DNA from: an uncultured Clostridia bacterium
Lineage (GTDB): Bacteria > Bacillota > Clostridia > TANB77 > CAG-508
Length of the DNA: 64,000 nucleotides
Assembly (NCBI GenBank): GCA_948891265.1
Contig: CAQUBD010000007.1
Coordinates: 5,043-69,042 of the forward strand
Direction of reading: 5' to 3'
The translations under genes and the position numbers were made by a program. Every line of letters starts with the position of its first letter. Position 1 is the stretch's first letter. Below, one piece after another: positions 1 to 9,677 of the stretch. A model generated the notes under the pieces. The model was not told the origin of the DNA, searched no databases, and saw nothing but the letters and a program-made list of their open reading frames with translations.

Positions 1-1527
1 ATTATCCATTTTATTTAATTTTTTATCTTCTTTTTTCATTTTTTGCTCTTTTATCTTTATCATTTCATCAGATTGTTTTATCGATTCAATTCTTTCACTA
101 TATTTACTGCTAAATTTGCTATTTCTTTTATGTACATCTTTATTATATCTTTTTCCTTTTTCTTTATCTTTTTCCATTTGTCTTTTTATTTTGTTAATTC
201 TTTTATCTTCTTTTAATTTGTTATTTAACATTAAATATTGTGGATCATTTTGTTTATCTTGGTATTTTAAATCATCACATATAAGACCAATAATTGATTC
301 CGCAACTAACTCTGGATCATGTCTAATACATCCATTTGTAATCATTGACAAATTCCTTTGTAAAAATGTTATTCCTTTTATTTTATCTACATCTGGATAA
401 ACTAGGTCTTGTCCTTCTAAATTATATCTTTTTATAAACTCTGGAACAATTTCCCCTGTATCATAGATACAATAATCTACAATACCCTTTCCACAATGCT
501 CTATTATTGCATTTAGATGATCTGAAACACTATATTCATCTGTTTGTCCAGGTTCTGTCATTATATTACTTATATAAACTTTTAATGCTGTTGCTTCTTT
601 AATAGCTTTTGCAACTCCATTTACTAAAAGATTTGGTATAACATTTGTATATAAACTTCCTGGTCCAATTATTATACAATCTGCATTTCTAATTGCCTCT
701 AATACCCCTGATGCAGGTCTACAGTTTGTAGGGTTTAAATATATTCTATTTATCTTTGTAACTTTTTCATAAACAACTTCAGGAATTTTAGATTTTTCTG
801 TTACTATATACCCATTATCTAACTCTGCTGTTATATTCATTTCATCTAGTGTTACTGGTATAACCTTTCCAACTATATTTAATACTTCATTACTTTTAAT
901 TATTGAATCAGAAAAATCATTATTTACATTTTTCATTGCACTAAAATAGATATCAGAAAATGTTAAATTTTTTAGTTTTCCATCTGCAAATTTATAATTA
1001 AATAACTTAGATATTTGCTCTCCATAATTTGAAAGTGATATCATACTATCTATTACATCATTTAATGGCATAGTCTGAAGTTCTTCTCTCGATTCTGTTT
1101 TAGCTTCTCCATAATCAGATATTGTAACAATAGCAGTTATATTATCAGTATATTTTTTTAGCCCTGTAAGAACTGTATTTAATCCTGTTCCTCCACCTAT
1201 TACTACTATATTAGGTCCCTTTTCATATACTTTTTTATTAAATATTAATGATTTTATATTTACATTATCTTTATCATTCATTCTATCATCTGTTGACTCT
1301 ATTAGTATCTCTAGAGTTCTTTTATTTATATACACTAGCCCTAATACTATCGCTACTACTCCTATTACAAATGTTATTATTATTTTGGCTAATTCATTAA
1401 AAGACATCTCTTTTAATACTAATATTTCTGCTGTTCCATAGCACATTAGCAATACTCCTATTATTATTACTAACATCCATCTTTTTAACTTATTTCTACC
1501 TTTAAACCATTGCATAAATCCATTCAT
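1..1527 (-). CDS. YvcK/CofD-family (gluconeogenesis factor-like) protein; 3' end runs off the left window edge
   Basis: Minus-strand frame is open from ATG at 1527 (MNGFMQWFKGRN...) to position 1. It is absent from the ORF track because no stop lies in the window. AAGGAG sits 6 nt upstream. Contains VVIGGGTGLNTVL and IIIGPGSLYTNV motifs that I recall as typical of YvcK/CofD. Hydrophobic N-terminus and Lys/Glu-rich tail. Confidence 0.75.
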   Translation of the reverse strand, partial: MNGFMQWFKGRNKLKRWMLVIIIGVLLMCYGTAEILVLKEMSFNELAKIIITFVIGVVAIVLGLVYINKRTLEILIESTDDRMNDKDNVNIKSLIFNKKVYEKGPNIVVIGGGTGLNTVLTGLKKYTDNITAIVTISDYGEAKTESREELQTMPLNDVIDSMISLSNYGEQISKLFNYKFADGKLKNLTFSDIYFSAMKNVNNDFSDSIIKSNEVLNIVGKVIPVTLDEMNITAELDNGYIVTEKSKIPEVVYEKVTKINRIYLNPTNCRPASGVLEAIRNADCIIIGPGSLYTNVIPNLLVNGVAKAIKEATALKVYISNIMTEPGQTDEYSVSDHLNAIIEHCGKGIVDYCIYDTGEIVPEFIKRYNLEGQDLVYPDVDKIKGITFLQRNLSMITNGCIRHDPELVAESIIGLICDDLKYQDKQNDPQYLMLNNKLKEDKRINKIKRQMEKDKEKGKRYNKDVHKRNSKFSSKYSERIESIKQSDEMIKIKEQKMKKEDKKLNKMDN

Positions 1528-1537
1528 TTTTTACTCC

Positions 1538-1663
1538 TTGTCCAAAAGGGACGGTTCTGTTTGGACAAAATGTCCATTTGTACCTGTGCCCATTGGACAT
1601 TTTATCCATTTGGGGACACATCTTCCCTTTGTAATTTTAAATTTTGCATAAGACATCTGTAGC
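1538..1663. repeat. Mosaic intergenic repeat, locus 1 (GTCC/GGAC hairpin modules, GGGGACACATCTT, TGCATAAGACATCTGTAGC)
   Basis: Shares gtccaaaagggacggttct-ttggacaaaatgtccat and gggacacatctt modules with 27591-27648, 28483-28536, 43231-43243 and 32509-32625. Lies between the murB stop and the yvcK-like RBS. Confidence 0.8.
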
Positions 1664-1672
1664 TCATTTTGT

Positions 1673-2599
1673 TCAAACAGCTATCTTAACTTCTAATTCA
1701 ATTTTCTTTCCAAATTTTTCTAATATTTTATCTTGTGTGTATTTTACCAAATCTAATACATCTTTTGCTGTTGCATTTCCTGTGTTTATTATAAATCCTG
1801 CATGTTTTTTTGATATTTGTGCTCCACCTATTGAATATCCTTTTAATCCTGCTTCATCTATTAATTTTGCTGTTATAAAGTCTTCTCCCCTTTTAAATGT
1901 ACTTCCTGCACTTGGATATTCTATAGGTTGTTTTTCTTTTCTATATTTTGCATATTCATCCATTTTTTCTTTTATTTGATCACTACTTCCTCTTTGTAAT
2001 AATAGCTTTGATTGCAAAATTATGTATTCACTGTTTGAAAATCTACTGTGCCTATATTCAAATTTAGATTGCTCATTCGTAAATTTTTGTATCTTTCCAT
2101 TATAGTCCATTACTGTTACTTCTGTAACTATATCTTTCATTTCTTTTCCATGTGCACCCGCATTCATAATAATTGCTCCACCTATTGTGCCTGGTATTCC
2201 AGATAGTTCTTCAAATCCTGATATTTCTTCTTTTAATAATTTTTGTGCCAGTAGTCCTAATGGAACCCCACTTCCTACTGTTATTTTTATTCTTTCTTTA
2301 TCTTCTTGTTGAATTTCTATTTCTTTTAGCTCTAGTTTTATTACTATTCCTTTTATTCCTTCATCTAGTACTAATAAATTGCTTCCATTTCCAACTACTA
2401 TTAAAGGGATTTCATTTTCTTTGCTAAATTTTAATAATTTTTGTATTTCTTCTATTGAATTTACTTTTATAAAAAATTCTGCTGGACCACCTATCTTGAA
2501 TGATGTGTGTTTTTTCATTGATTCATTTTGCTTTATTCTTTCTTCTGGAATGAACTTTTTTAAAATCTCCAATATTTTATTATTTTCCAATTTCAACAC
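1673..2599 (-). CDS. murB: UDP-N-acetylenolpyruvoylglucosamine reductase
   Basis: 308-aa ORF with FKIGGPAEFF, VVGNGSNLLV, GIPGTIGGAIIMNAGAHG and PSAGSTFKRG, motifs characteristic of MurB. Confidence 0.9.
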   Translation of the reverse strand: MLKLENNKILEILKKFIPEERIKQNESMKKHTSFKIGGPAEFFIKVNSIEEIQKLLKFSKENEIPLIVVGNGSNLLVLDEGIKGIVIKLELKEIEIQQEDKERIKITVGSGVPLGLLAQKLLKEEISGFEELSGIPGTIGGAIIMNAGAHGKEMKDIVTEVTVMDYNGKIQKFTNEQSKFEYRHSRFSNSEYIILQSKLLLQRGSSDQIKEKMDEYAKYRKEKQPIEYPSAGSTFKRGEDFITAKLIDEAGLKGYSIGGAQISKKHAGFIINTGNATAKDVLDLVKYTQDKILEKFGKKIELEVKIAV

Positions 2600-2607
2600 T
2601 CACTTTC

Positions 2608-3066
2608 TTAATTTTCTCCTTTAGAATATGTATATAGAGCTCTTCCTGATTGTGTTACTTTAATTGTCTTATTTATTACCTCTCCAGTTTTATAATTTAC
2701 TATAAAGGCATACTCTTCTCCTGTTATTCCTAATTTCTCTAAATCTATTTTATTCAATTCTCTGTATTCTGTACCCTTTAAGCTGATATTTTCTTTTGTC
2801 ATTGAATTTATTTCATTTACTATTATTTGAACTTCTGACTTGTCTATTATAGTTCCTGGTAAATTTTCTTTTGTTAATTGTGCTTTTGTATATCTTTCTA
2901 AAATTGCATGTTGTATAATATTTAGTTCAGAAATTTGTGTACTTTCTTCTATTTCCTTATTATTTTGTTTTGTATATATTGTTGATATTCCTAAAATTAT
3001 TAGTAATACTGTTATTGTAGTTACTAATGCTACTAATGTTATTCCATTATTTTCTCTTATGTTCAT
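2608..3066 (-). CDS. Prepilin-type N-terminal domain (pseudopilin-like) protein
   Basis: N-terminus MNIRENNGITLVALVTTITVLLIILGIS resembles a type IV pilin leader plus hydrophobic helix, but the usual Glu at +5 is replaced. The rest is unassignable. Confidence 0.45.
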   Translation of the reverse strand: MNIRENNGITLVALVTTITVLLIILGISTIYTKQNNKEIEESTQISELNIIQHAILERYTKAQLTKENLPGTIIDKSEVQIIVNEINSMTKENISLKGTEYRELNKIDLEKLGITGEEYAFIVNYKTGEVINKTIKVTQSGRALYTYSKGEN

Positions 3067-3173
3067 AATTTTCTCCTATATTTATATTTTTCTTGTTATA
3101 ATATATCATTTTTTTATGAAAAAAACAATGGTTCAAAGCTATTTAATAAAATTATTCATATACTTTCCAGCGC

Positions 3174-3210
3174 AAAAAACGGTACAATCTTTTGATTATA
3201 CCGTTTTTGT
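3174..3210 (-). terminator. Rho-independent terminator after the 3228-4112 gene
   Basis: Stem aaaaacggta / taccgttttt with flanking A/T runs. Confidence 0.6.
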
Positions 3211-3227
3211 ACTTTTACATGAATATT

Positions 3228-4112
3228 TTAATCTTTCTTTCTTCGGAAGATTCTTCTTTTTTTATTCTCTTCTACTAAATCAGGACCAAATTTCTTTACA
3301 AATTCTTCTCTCCAGTCAATTGAGTTTGAATATATATTATAAGTTGCTTTTTTTATTGCTACTCGAAGACTGTTTATATCTGCACCTTCAACATCTTTAG
3401 CAAACTTATACATTTGCTCTGCATTTCCTGATTCTTCAACCCTTTTTTGCAACCTTTCTATGTTTACTCCCTTTATTTTTTCTGCACATATTTTAGCATA
3501 TAATGCAAACCTGTTATCAATCGATAACTGTTCAACCTTTCTTACATCATCTACAGTTATAATGTTTGATTCTTTTTGCCAGTATGAACAAAACGTTAGA
3601 ATAGCATCCATTATTCTATTGCTATTGCTGTCAAACTTTGTTTCATCAAAAATTGCATCTTTCAATTTAATCAAATCTGCACCTTTTGCATGAGCAATTT
3701 CAGTTATTGCATATACAGTGTCTCCTTTACTAACGCAATCAACAAGAAGATCAATATTATCAACCTCACATTTGGTAGCATATTTTGCTATATAATGATA
3801 TTCTTTTAACTCCACTAATCTTTCTTCTATGTCTTTTCGATTACTTAGTTTCTTTCTCTTTTCTGCATATTTAAAAATTTCTTCTGCATCGCTCGTTTTT
3901 GCCATTATACCATCTAACTGTTCTAATTGCTCTTCTGTTAAATCTGAAAATGTACCTACGAATTTGTTCACAAACTTCCCATCATTAAATTTTCGGAGAC
4001 CGTCAATAAGTTCATCAATAGTATCTCCAAAAATATGCTTCTTAATGTTATTTGAAGCTTTAAGAGTAACACCTAAATTCTTGTCTTTCCGTATACTTTC
4101 TAATTTATTCAT
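3228..4112 (-). CDS. Hypothetical protein (about 294 aa)
   Basis: Long ORF. I prefer ATG at 4112 (MNKLESIRKDK...), preceded by AGGAGG, over the track start at 4193. Contains an in-frame CGG codon at 4089-4091. No family recognised. Confidence 0.5.
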   Translation of the reverse strand: MNKLESIRKDKNLGVTLKASNNIKKHIFGDTIDELIDGLRKFNDGKFVNKFVGTFSDLTEEQLEQLDGIMAKTSDAEEIFKYAEKRKKLSNRKDIEERLVELKEYHYIAKYATKCEVDNIDLLVDCVSKGDTVYAITEIAHAKGADLIKLKDAIFDETKFDSNSNRIMDAILTFCSYWQKESNIITVDDVRKVEQLSIDNRFALYAKICAEKIKGVNIERLQKRVEESGNAEQMYKFAKDVEGADINSLRVAIKKATYNIYSNSIDWREEFVKKFGPDLVEENKKRRIFRRKKD

Positions 4113-4317
4113 ATTTTTTCCTCCTAAAATAATTATTTTTTGGTGTTTAAATTTTATGTTAATAATAATATCATATCCAATACTTATTGTCAATATTTTT
4201 ACAGATTATGTTAATTTTAGTTATATTATTTTGTAAAAATAATTATTCTAAATGCTTTATTTTTCCATTTATTTATAGTATAATATAATTAGAGTTTTGA
4301 AAATGGAGATGATTTTT

Positions 4318-4755
4318 ATGTGGCAAATTTGGTTAATAATCGCTGGATTATTTTTTATAGGTGAAATTATTACAGTTGGATTTTTAATATTTTGGTTTGG
4401 AGTTGGAGCATTGATTGCAATGTTAGTAAGTTTTTTTACAACAAATATAATTATCCAAACATCAGTATTTGTAATTACTTCCGCAATTTTATTGTTTGTT
4501 ACTAAACCTTTTGTTAAAAAATTTGTTGATGTAAAGCCTACAAAAACAAATGCTTATTCTATAATAGGCAAAAAAGCTCTAGTAATAAAAGAAATTAATT
4601 CACATTCTGTTGGACAAATCAAAATAAAAGGTGAAGTTTGGTCTGCTGAATCTGAAGATGATGAAACTATTCCTGAAGGCTCAGATGTTGAAATTTTGCA
4701 AATTAGAGGCGTTAAGGCAATAGTTAAGTCTGTTAAAGTTACAATATCAAATTAA
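4318..4755 (+). CDS. NfeD-family membrane protein
   Basis: Two N-terminal TM helices plus a C-terminal OB-like segment (IKIKGEVWSAESEDDETIPEGSDVEILQIRGVKAIVK). Sits immediately upstream of an SPFH gene, the classic NfeD-stomatin pair. GGAG lies before ATG 4318. Confidence 0.8.
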   Translation: MWQIWLIIAGLFFIGEIITVGFLIFWFGVGALIAMLVSFFTTNIIIQTSVFVITSAILLFVTKPFVKKFVDVKPTKTNAYSIIGKKALVIKEINSHSVGQIKIKGEVWSAESEDDETIPEGSDVEILQIRGVKAIVKSVKVTISN

Positions 4756-4824
4756 ATTTTTAATATAGTTTTTAGTATTACTTATTTTAAGTATTTATAT
4801 ATAAATTAAAAGGAGGAATTTATT

Positions 4825-5727
4825 ATGGCATTTTTATTAATTTTATTAGTTATAATATTAGTTATAGCATTTAAATCAATCAAAATTGTTAAACAAGCTG
4901 AGGTTTATGTAATTGAAAGATTAGGAAAATTCTCAAAAGTTGCTGATGCAGGTCTTACAATTATAATTCCATTTTTTGATCATGTTCGTTCGGTTGTAAG
5001 CCTAAAACAACAAACAATGGATGTTCCACCTCAAGGAGTTATTACAAAAGACAATGTAACAATCACAATAGATACTGTTGTTTTCTATCAAATAACAGAT
5101 CCTGCAAAAGCAGTTTATGAAATTCAAAGTTTAAAGAAAGGTATTGAATACTTAGCTATTACAACAATTCGTGATATTATTGGTAAAATGGATTTAGATG
5201 AAACATTTAGCTCAAGAGATAGCATAAATGACCAATTAAGAGTTGTTTTAGATGAGGCTACAGACAGATGGGGATGTAAAGTTGATAGAGTTGAAATTAA
5301 AGATATTACACCACCTGCTGATATCAGAGATGCTATGGAAAAAGAAATGAATGCTGAAAGAAATAAAAGAGCTCTTATACTAGAATCTGAAGCTCAAAGA
5401 CAATCTGCAATTATGATTGCTGAAGGTAAAAAACAAGCTGCTATATTAGAAGCTGAAGCTGATAAAGAAGCTAGAATTACTAGAGCTGCTGGTGAAGCAC
5501 AAGCTATTAAAGAAGTTGCTGATGCTAAAGCTAAAGAAATTCAAATGGTTTATGAAGCAATAAAAAATGCAAATCCAGATGACAAATTAGTACAATTAAA
5601 ATCTTTAGAAGCTCTTGAGAAAGTTGCTGAAGGTGAAGCTAATAAAGTATTTATTCCTTTTGAGGCTACTAGTGCACTTTCAAGTTTAGGTGCTATAAAA
5701 GAAGTTATGAAAGATGATAAAAAATAA
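4825..5727 (+). CDS. SPFH/band-7 (stomatin/QmcA-like) protein
   Basis: N-terminal TM, then an SPFH core (VPPQGVITKDNVTITIDTVVFYQITDP, RVEIKDITPP) and an Ala/Glu-rich coiled tail. Confidence 0.9.
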   Translation: MAFLLILLVIILVIAFKSIKIVKQAEVYVIERLGKFSKVADAGLTIIIPFFDHVRSVVSLKQQTMDVPPQGVITKDNVTITIDTVVFYQITDPAKAVYEIQSLKKGIEYLAITTIRDIIGKMDLDETFSSRDSINDQLRVVLDEATDRWGCKVDRVEIKDITPPADIRDAMEKEMNAERNKRALILESEAQRQSAIMIAEGKKQAAILEAEADKEARITRAAGEAQAIKEVADAKAKEIQMVYEAIKNANPDDKLVQLKSLEALEKVAEGEANKVFIPFEATSALSSLGAIKEVMKDDKK

Positions 5728-5743
5728 TTATACATATAATGCA

Positions 5744-5776
5744 AAGAACCCTAAAAACTAGGGTTCTTTATTTTCC
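5744..5776. terminator. Bidirectional terminator between the convergent SPFH gene and argS
   Basis: Stem aagaacccta / tagggttctt followed by tattttcc. Confidence 0.7.
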
Positions 5777-5844
5777 GCTATTTATTCTTTTAGCATTTCT
5801 TTGGCCTTCTCTCTTAATTAAGCACTGTTTATGCCAACATGTTT

Positions 5845-7560
5845 CTACATTTTCTCTGGCATTTCTATTCCTAACAAACTTGCACCTTGTTTTAAAAGTT
5901 TTCCAACTGCGTATGTCAAGTAAACTCTAGCATCTTGAATCTCTTTATCCTCTACAATAATCTTATTTTCATTATAAAAACTACTATAAGCTTTTGCTAA
6001 ATCAATTAGATATCTTGCAAGTATTGATGGTTCGTTTTTCTCTGTAACTTGAACTAAAATATCTTCAAAATTATAAATTAATTTTAATACTTCTAAAGAA
6101 CTTTCGTCTAATAAACTCTCTATTTTTATATTTTTAAATTCTGGAACAGTACCTACTTTTTCTATTACACTTCTTGTTCTAACATAAGTATATTGTATAT
6201 ATGGCCCTGTTTCTCCTTGGAAGTTTAAAGCTGTATTCCAGTCAAATATTTGATCTTTTATATTAGCTGTTGACAAAGTATTAAATATAATTGCTCCAAT
6301 TCCCACTTTTTTTGCAACTTCTTCTTTATTATCCAATTCTGAATTTTTTTCATTTATTATTTCTTTAGATTTTTCAATTGTTTCTTTTATTAAGTCTTCT
6401 ATTTTAACTACATTTCCAAGTCTTGTTGACATCTTGCCTGAAGGCAAACTTACCATTCCAAATACTACATGTTCTAACCCTTTTTGGTATTTTTCTTTTA
6501 CTAAGTATTTTGCAACTTCAAATATTTGTTTAAAATGTAGATTTTGTTCATATGCAACTACATATAAGCATTTATCAAAATCATATGTTTTCGCTCTATA
6601 CATAATTGCTGCTAAATCTCTTGTTGCATATATTGATGATCCATTTGATTTTTGTATTATACATGGTGTGTTTATTCCTGCATATTCTAAGTCTACAATC
6701 TTTGCTCCTTCTGATTCGGTTATTTTTCCTTTTTCTTCAAGTGTTTCTATTACTTCATCTGTTTTATCTGAATAAAATGCTTCTCCATTATAAGAATCAA
6801 ATTTTACATTTAATATGTCATAAATTTTGCTAAATTCCTTCATACTTAAATCTTTAAATTGATTCCATAAATCTGTACAATACTTCTCACCTGCTTCTAA
6901 CATTCTAAAGTTTTCTCTACATCTATCAAGTACTGCTTCATCTTCCTTACATAAGTTGTTTATTCTTACATATATATCCATCATTTTATTAATTGGGTCA
7001 TCATTTAGGTCATATTCATTTCCCCACATTTTATAGCCTTCAATCATTTTTCCAAATTGTGTTCCATAATCTCCTAAATGATTTATTCCTGTTGTATTAT
7101 ATCCTAAATATTTATATACTTTATATAATGCATTTCCTATTAGTGTAGTTCTTAAATGCCCTATATGGAATGGTTTTGCAATATTAGGAGATGAATATTC
7201 TACTAATACATTTTTTCCTTTTCCTATTTCTGACTTTCCATATTCTTTACTATTTTCGATTTCTTGTAAAACTTCTTTTACTAAAACTTCTTTATTTATA
7301 AAGAAGTTTAAGTATCCACCTGCAACATCTATTCTTTCTATTTTTTGATTTTGTTGTATATCTTGCTCTATTTTTTCTTTTATTTCATTTGCAATTGCTG
7401 GTGGCGCTTTTTTTAACTCTTTTGCAAGTCTAAAACATGGAAATGAATATTCTCCGTTCGCTTTATCTTTTGGTGTTTCTATATATGTTTCTAGCTCTTT
7501 TTCATCTATTTGCGTTGCTTCTGATATTTTACTTGCAATTACTTTTTTAAAATTTATCAT
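5845..7560 (-). CDS. argS: Arginine--tRNA ligase
   Basis: 571 aa with SSPNIAKPFHIGHLRTT (HIGH) and a KMSTRLG (KMSK-like) motif. Overall ArgS layout. Confidence 0.95.
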   Translation of the reverse strand: MINFKKVIASKISEATQIDEKELETYIETPKDKANGEYSFPCFRLAKELKKAPPAIANEIKEKIEQDIQQNQKIERIDVAGGYLNFFINKEVLVKEVLQEIENSKEYGKSEIGKGKNVLVEYSSPNIAKPFHIGHLRTTLIGNALYKVYKYLGYNTTGINHLGDYGTQFGKMIEGYKMWGNEYDLNDDPINKMMDIYVRINNLCKEDEAVLDRCRENFRMLEAGEKYCTDLWNQFKDLSMKEFSKIYDILNVKFDSYNGEAFYSDKTDEVIETLEEKGKITESEGAKIVDLEYAGINTPCIIQKSNGSSIYATRDLAAIMYRAKTYDFDKCLYVVAYEQNLHFKQIFEVAKYLVKEKYQKGLEHVVFGMVSLPSGKMSTRLGNVVKIEDLIKETIEKSKEIINEKNSELDNKEEVAKKVGIGAIIFNTLSTANIKDQIFDWNTALNFQGETGPYIQYTYVRTRSVIEKVGTVPEFKNIKIESLLDESSLEVLKLIYNFEDILVQVTEKNEPSILARYLIDLAKAYSSFYNENKIIVEDKEIQDARVYLTYAVGKLLKQGASLLGIEMPEKM

Positions 7561-7585
7561 GTCTTTCCTCCAATTTTTTATAAGT

Positions 7586-7828
7586 TTATCTATCTAGATT
7601 AATCATTTGTCTTGCAAATTCTTTTATATCTATCAAATGATTTTCTATTACATCTTTTAATATTTCTTCATCTATGTTTTTATATTCATGAACAGCAATA
7701 TTTCTAAATCCTATCATTCCTTTCATTTTCAAACAGGTATCTTCTGAAATCAAATTATTCTCATATAATTTCTCAAAAGCTTCCTTTTTTGTCTGTGGTA
7801 TCCCCAACTTTCTGGTTGTTACAACATA
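7586..7828 (-). pseudogene. HepT/DUF86 (HEPN toxin) C-terminal remnant
   Basis: Open frame YVVTTRKLGIPQTKKEAFEKL...GFRNIAVHEY contains the RNxxxH HEPN motif of HepT. The N-terminal half is missing (TAG at 7829-7831) and no MntA partner is present. Confidence 0.6.
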
Positions 7829-7860
7829 CTATTTTCCATAAGATTTTCCTCCAACTGTTT

Positions 7861-8874
7861 CTATTTAGTATGTTGGCTTTTTTCTATATAATTCCAACTA
7901 TCTCTGCACATATCATCTATATTTTTCTCTGCAATCCATCCTAATTCTTTTTTAGCTTTAGTTGGATCTGCATAGCACATAGCAATATCTCCTGGTCTTC
8001 TTGGGACTATTTTATATGGTACTTTTCTACCAGTTGCTTTCTCAAATCCTTTTACCATATCTAATACACTTGCTCCATTACCTGTTCCTAAATTATAAAT
8101 GAATAATCCTTCATTCTCATTTTCTAATTTTTCTAATGCTTTTATATGACCTTTTGCTAAATCAACAACATGGATATAATCTCTTACCCCTGTTCCATCT
8201 GGTGTATTATAATCATTTCCGAATACTGATAACTCTTTTAAAGTTCCTGCTGCAACTCTTGCAACATAAGGCATTAAATTATTTGGTATACCTTGTGGTT
8301 CTTCTCCTATTAATCCACTTTCATGTGCCCCTACTGGATTGAAATATCTTAATATGCATATATCCCATGTATTGTCTGACTTGTATGTATCCTTTAATAT
8401 TTGTTCTATATATAATTTAGTTGTACCATATGGATTTGTTGTTCCACCTGTTGGTGTTTCTTCTGTTATCGGCATTACTTCTGGTTCTCCATATACTGTT
8501 GCCGATGAACTAAATATAAATTTTTTGCACCCATATTTTCTCATTGTGTCTAATAAAACTAAAGCTCCTGAAATGTTATTTGTATAATATTCTATTGGTT
8601 TTTGAACTGATTCTCCAACTGCTTTATATCCTGCAAAGTTCATTACTGCTTCAATTTCATTTTCTTCAAATACTTTTTCTAATTTTTCTTTATCTAAATA
8701 GTCCATCTCATAAAATTTAAAATCTTTTCCTGTTATTTCTTTTATTGCTTTTAGTGCCTTTGGTGTACTATTTGAAAAATTATCTATTATAACTATTTCT
8801 CTTCCTTCTTTTAGTAATTCTACTGCTGTGTGACTTCCTATAAATCCAGCTCCTCCTGGTAATAATATTGCCAT
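7861..8874 (-). CDS. galE: UDP-glucose 4-epimerase
   Basis: GGAGFIGSH Rossmann motif and YGTTK (YxxxK). Length and sequence are typical of GalE. Confidence 0.9.
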   Translation of the reverse strand: MAILLPGGAGFIGSHTAVELLKEGREIVIIDNFSNSTPKALKAIKEITGKDFKFYEMDYLDKEKLEKVFEENEIEAVMNFAGYKAVGESVQKPIEYYTNNISGALVLLDTMRKYGCKKFIFSSSATVYGEPEVMPITEETPTGGTTNPYGTTKLYIEQILKDTYKSDNTWDICILRYFNPVGAHESGLIGEEPQGIPNNLMPYVARVAAGTLKELSVFGNDYNTPDGTGVRDYIHVVDLAKGHIKALEKLENENEGLFIYNLGTGNGASVLDMVKGFEKATGRKVPYKIVPRRPGDIAMCYADPTKAKKELGWIAEKNIDDMCRDSWNYIEKSQHTK

Positions 8875-9060
8875 AATTCTCCTCCATCTTTATTTTTATA
8901 AACTTCTTTATTAATAATAAAAATTATATCAAAATAATTAGGATATTTCAATACATATAAAGTAACTCGTTAAAGTTTCAAAAAAAGAATAATTAATCTA
9001 GTTTATAGAAGATATAATTAAATATTTATGTATAAATAAAATTTTCCTATAATATAAAAA

Positions 9061-9092
9061 TAAGAATTTGAGGTATATTCCCCAAATTCTTA
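9061..9092 (-). terminator. Terminator of the small-peptide operon
   Basis: Stem taagaatttg / caaattctta, followed on the minus strand by TTTTTATATT. Confidence 0.55.
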
Positions 9093-9184
9093 TTTAATCT
9101 TTTATTCCAAAAATTAGTTTCACAAAACCCCTAAGAAATTTCGGAACTTTTTTTACAACTATAGTCATATGTATACCCTCCTTT

Positions 9185-9334
9185 TTAGCAAGCAAGCCAC
9201 ATTAGTCCAACACATGCTAGAGCAACCCCAATTATAAATAGCCAGCCTGTGAATGGAAGTAATAATACTAATAATATTCCAAGGCCTATCCCTATTAATA
9301 CAACACCTATTGTCTTTTTTAGTGCATTAAACAT
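9185..9334 (-). CDS. Small hydrophobic membrane protein (49 aa)
   Basis: ATG at 9334 preceded by AGGAGG. Peptide is MFNALKKTIGVVLIGIGLGILLVLLLPFTGWLFIIGVALACVGLMWLAC. A 24-codon ORF (9094-9168, GGAGGG RBS) and the terminator follow. Below the ORF-track size cutoff. Confidence 0.4.
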   Translation of the reverse strand: MFNALKKTIGVVLIGIGLGILLVLLLPFTGWLFIIGVALACVGLMWLAC

Positions 9335-9677
9335 ATTATTACCTCCTTACTGTTTTATATATTATATTAATTTAAATGTTTTATTGTTCCTCTTTTATGT
9401 TACTTGTTTTTTAGATTTAATAATTTAGACTGTTAATTTCCTAATAGTTAGATTTCTTCTTCCTTATCTATTTCTTTTTTATCATTTTCTTCTAGTGGCA
9501 TTACTTTTGCTAATGTTTTATTATCATCATATATAGGATTATTAGGGTTAAGCTGCTGTACAAAATGTAAATGATTAATATTTTTAAGTAATTGCCCATA
9601 TATCTTGATTTTTCTTATCTTAACCCATATAATATATATTAATACAATTAATTTAAGTAATAAGCGAGGAATTTTAT

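Noticed and set aside
4089-4091. Idea that CGG is a completely unassigned codon in this organism
   Set aside because: In-frame CGG codons at 4089-4091 and 48885-48887 sit in long ORFs that continue in the zero frame for hundreds of codons, while their +1 frames close quickly. CGG must therefore be decodable at least sometimes. Both genes may be foreign.
7561-7585. T-box leaders upstream of argS and tyrS (39011-39065)
   Set aside because: The upstream gaps are far too short and no T-box consensus (AATTAGGGTGGTACCGCG-like) is present.
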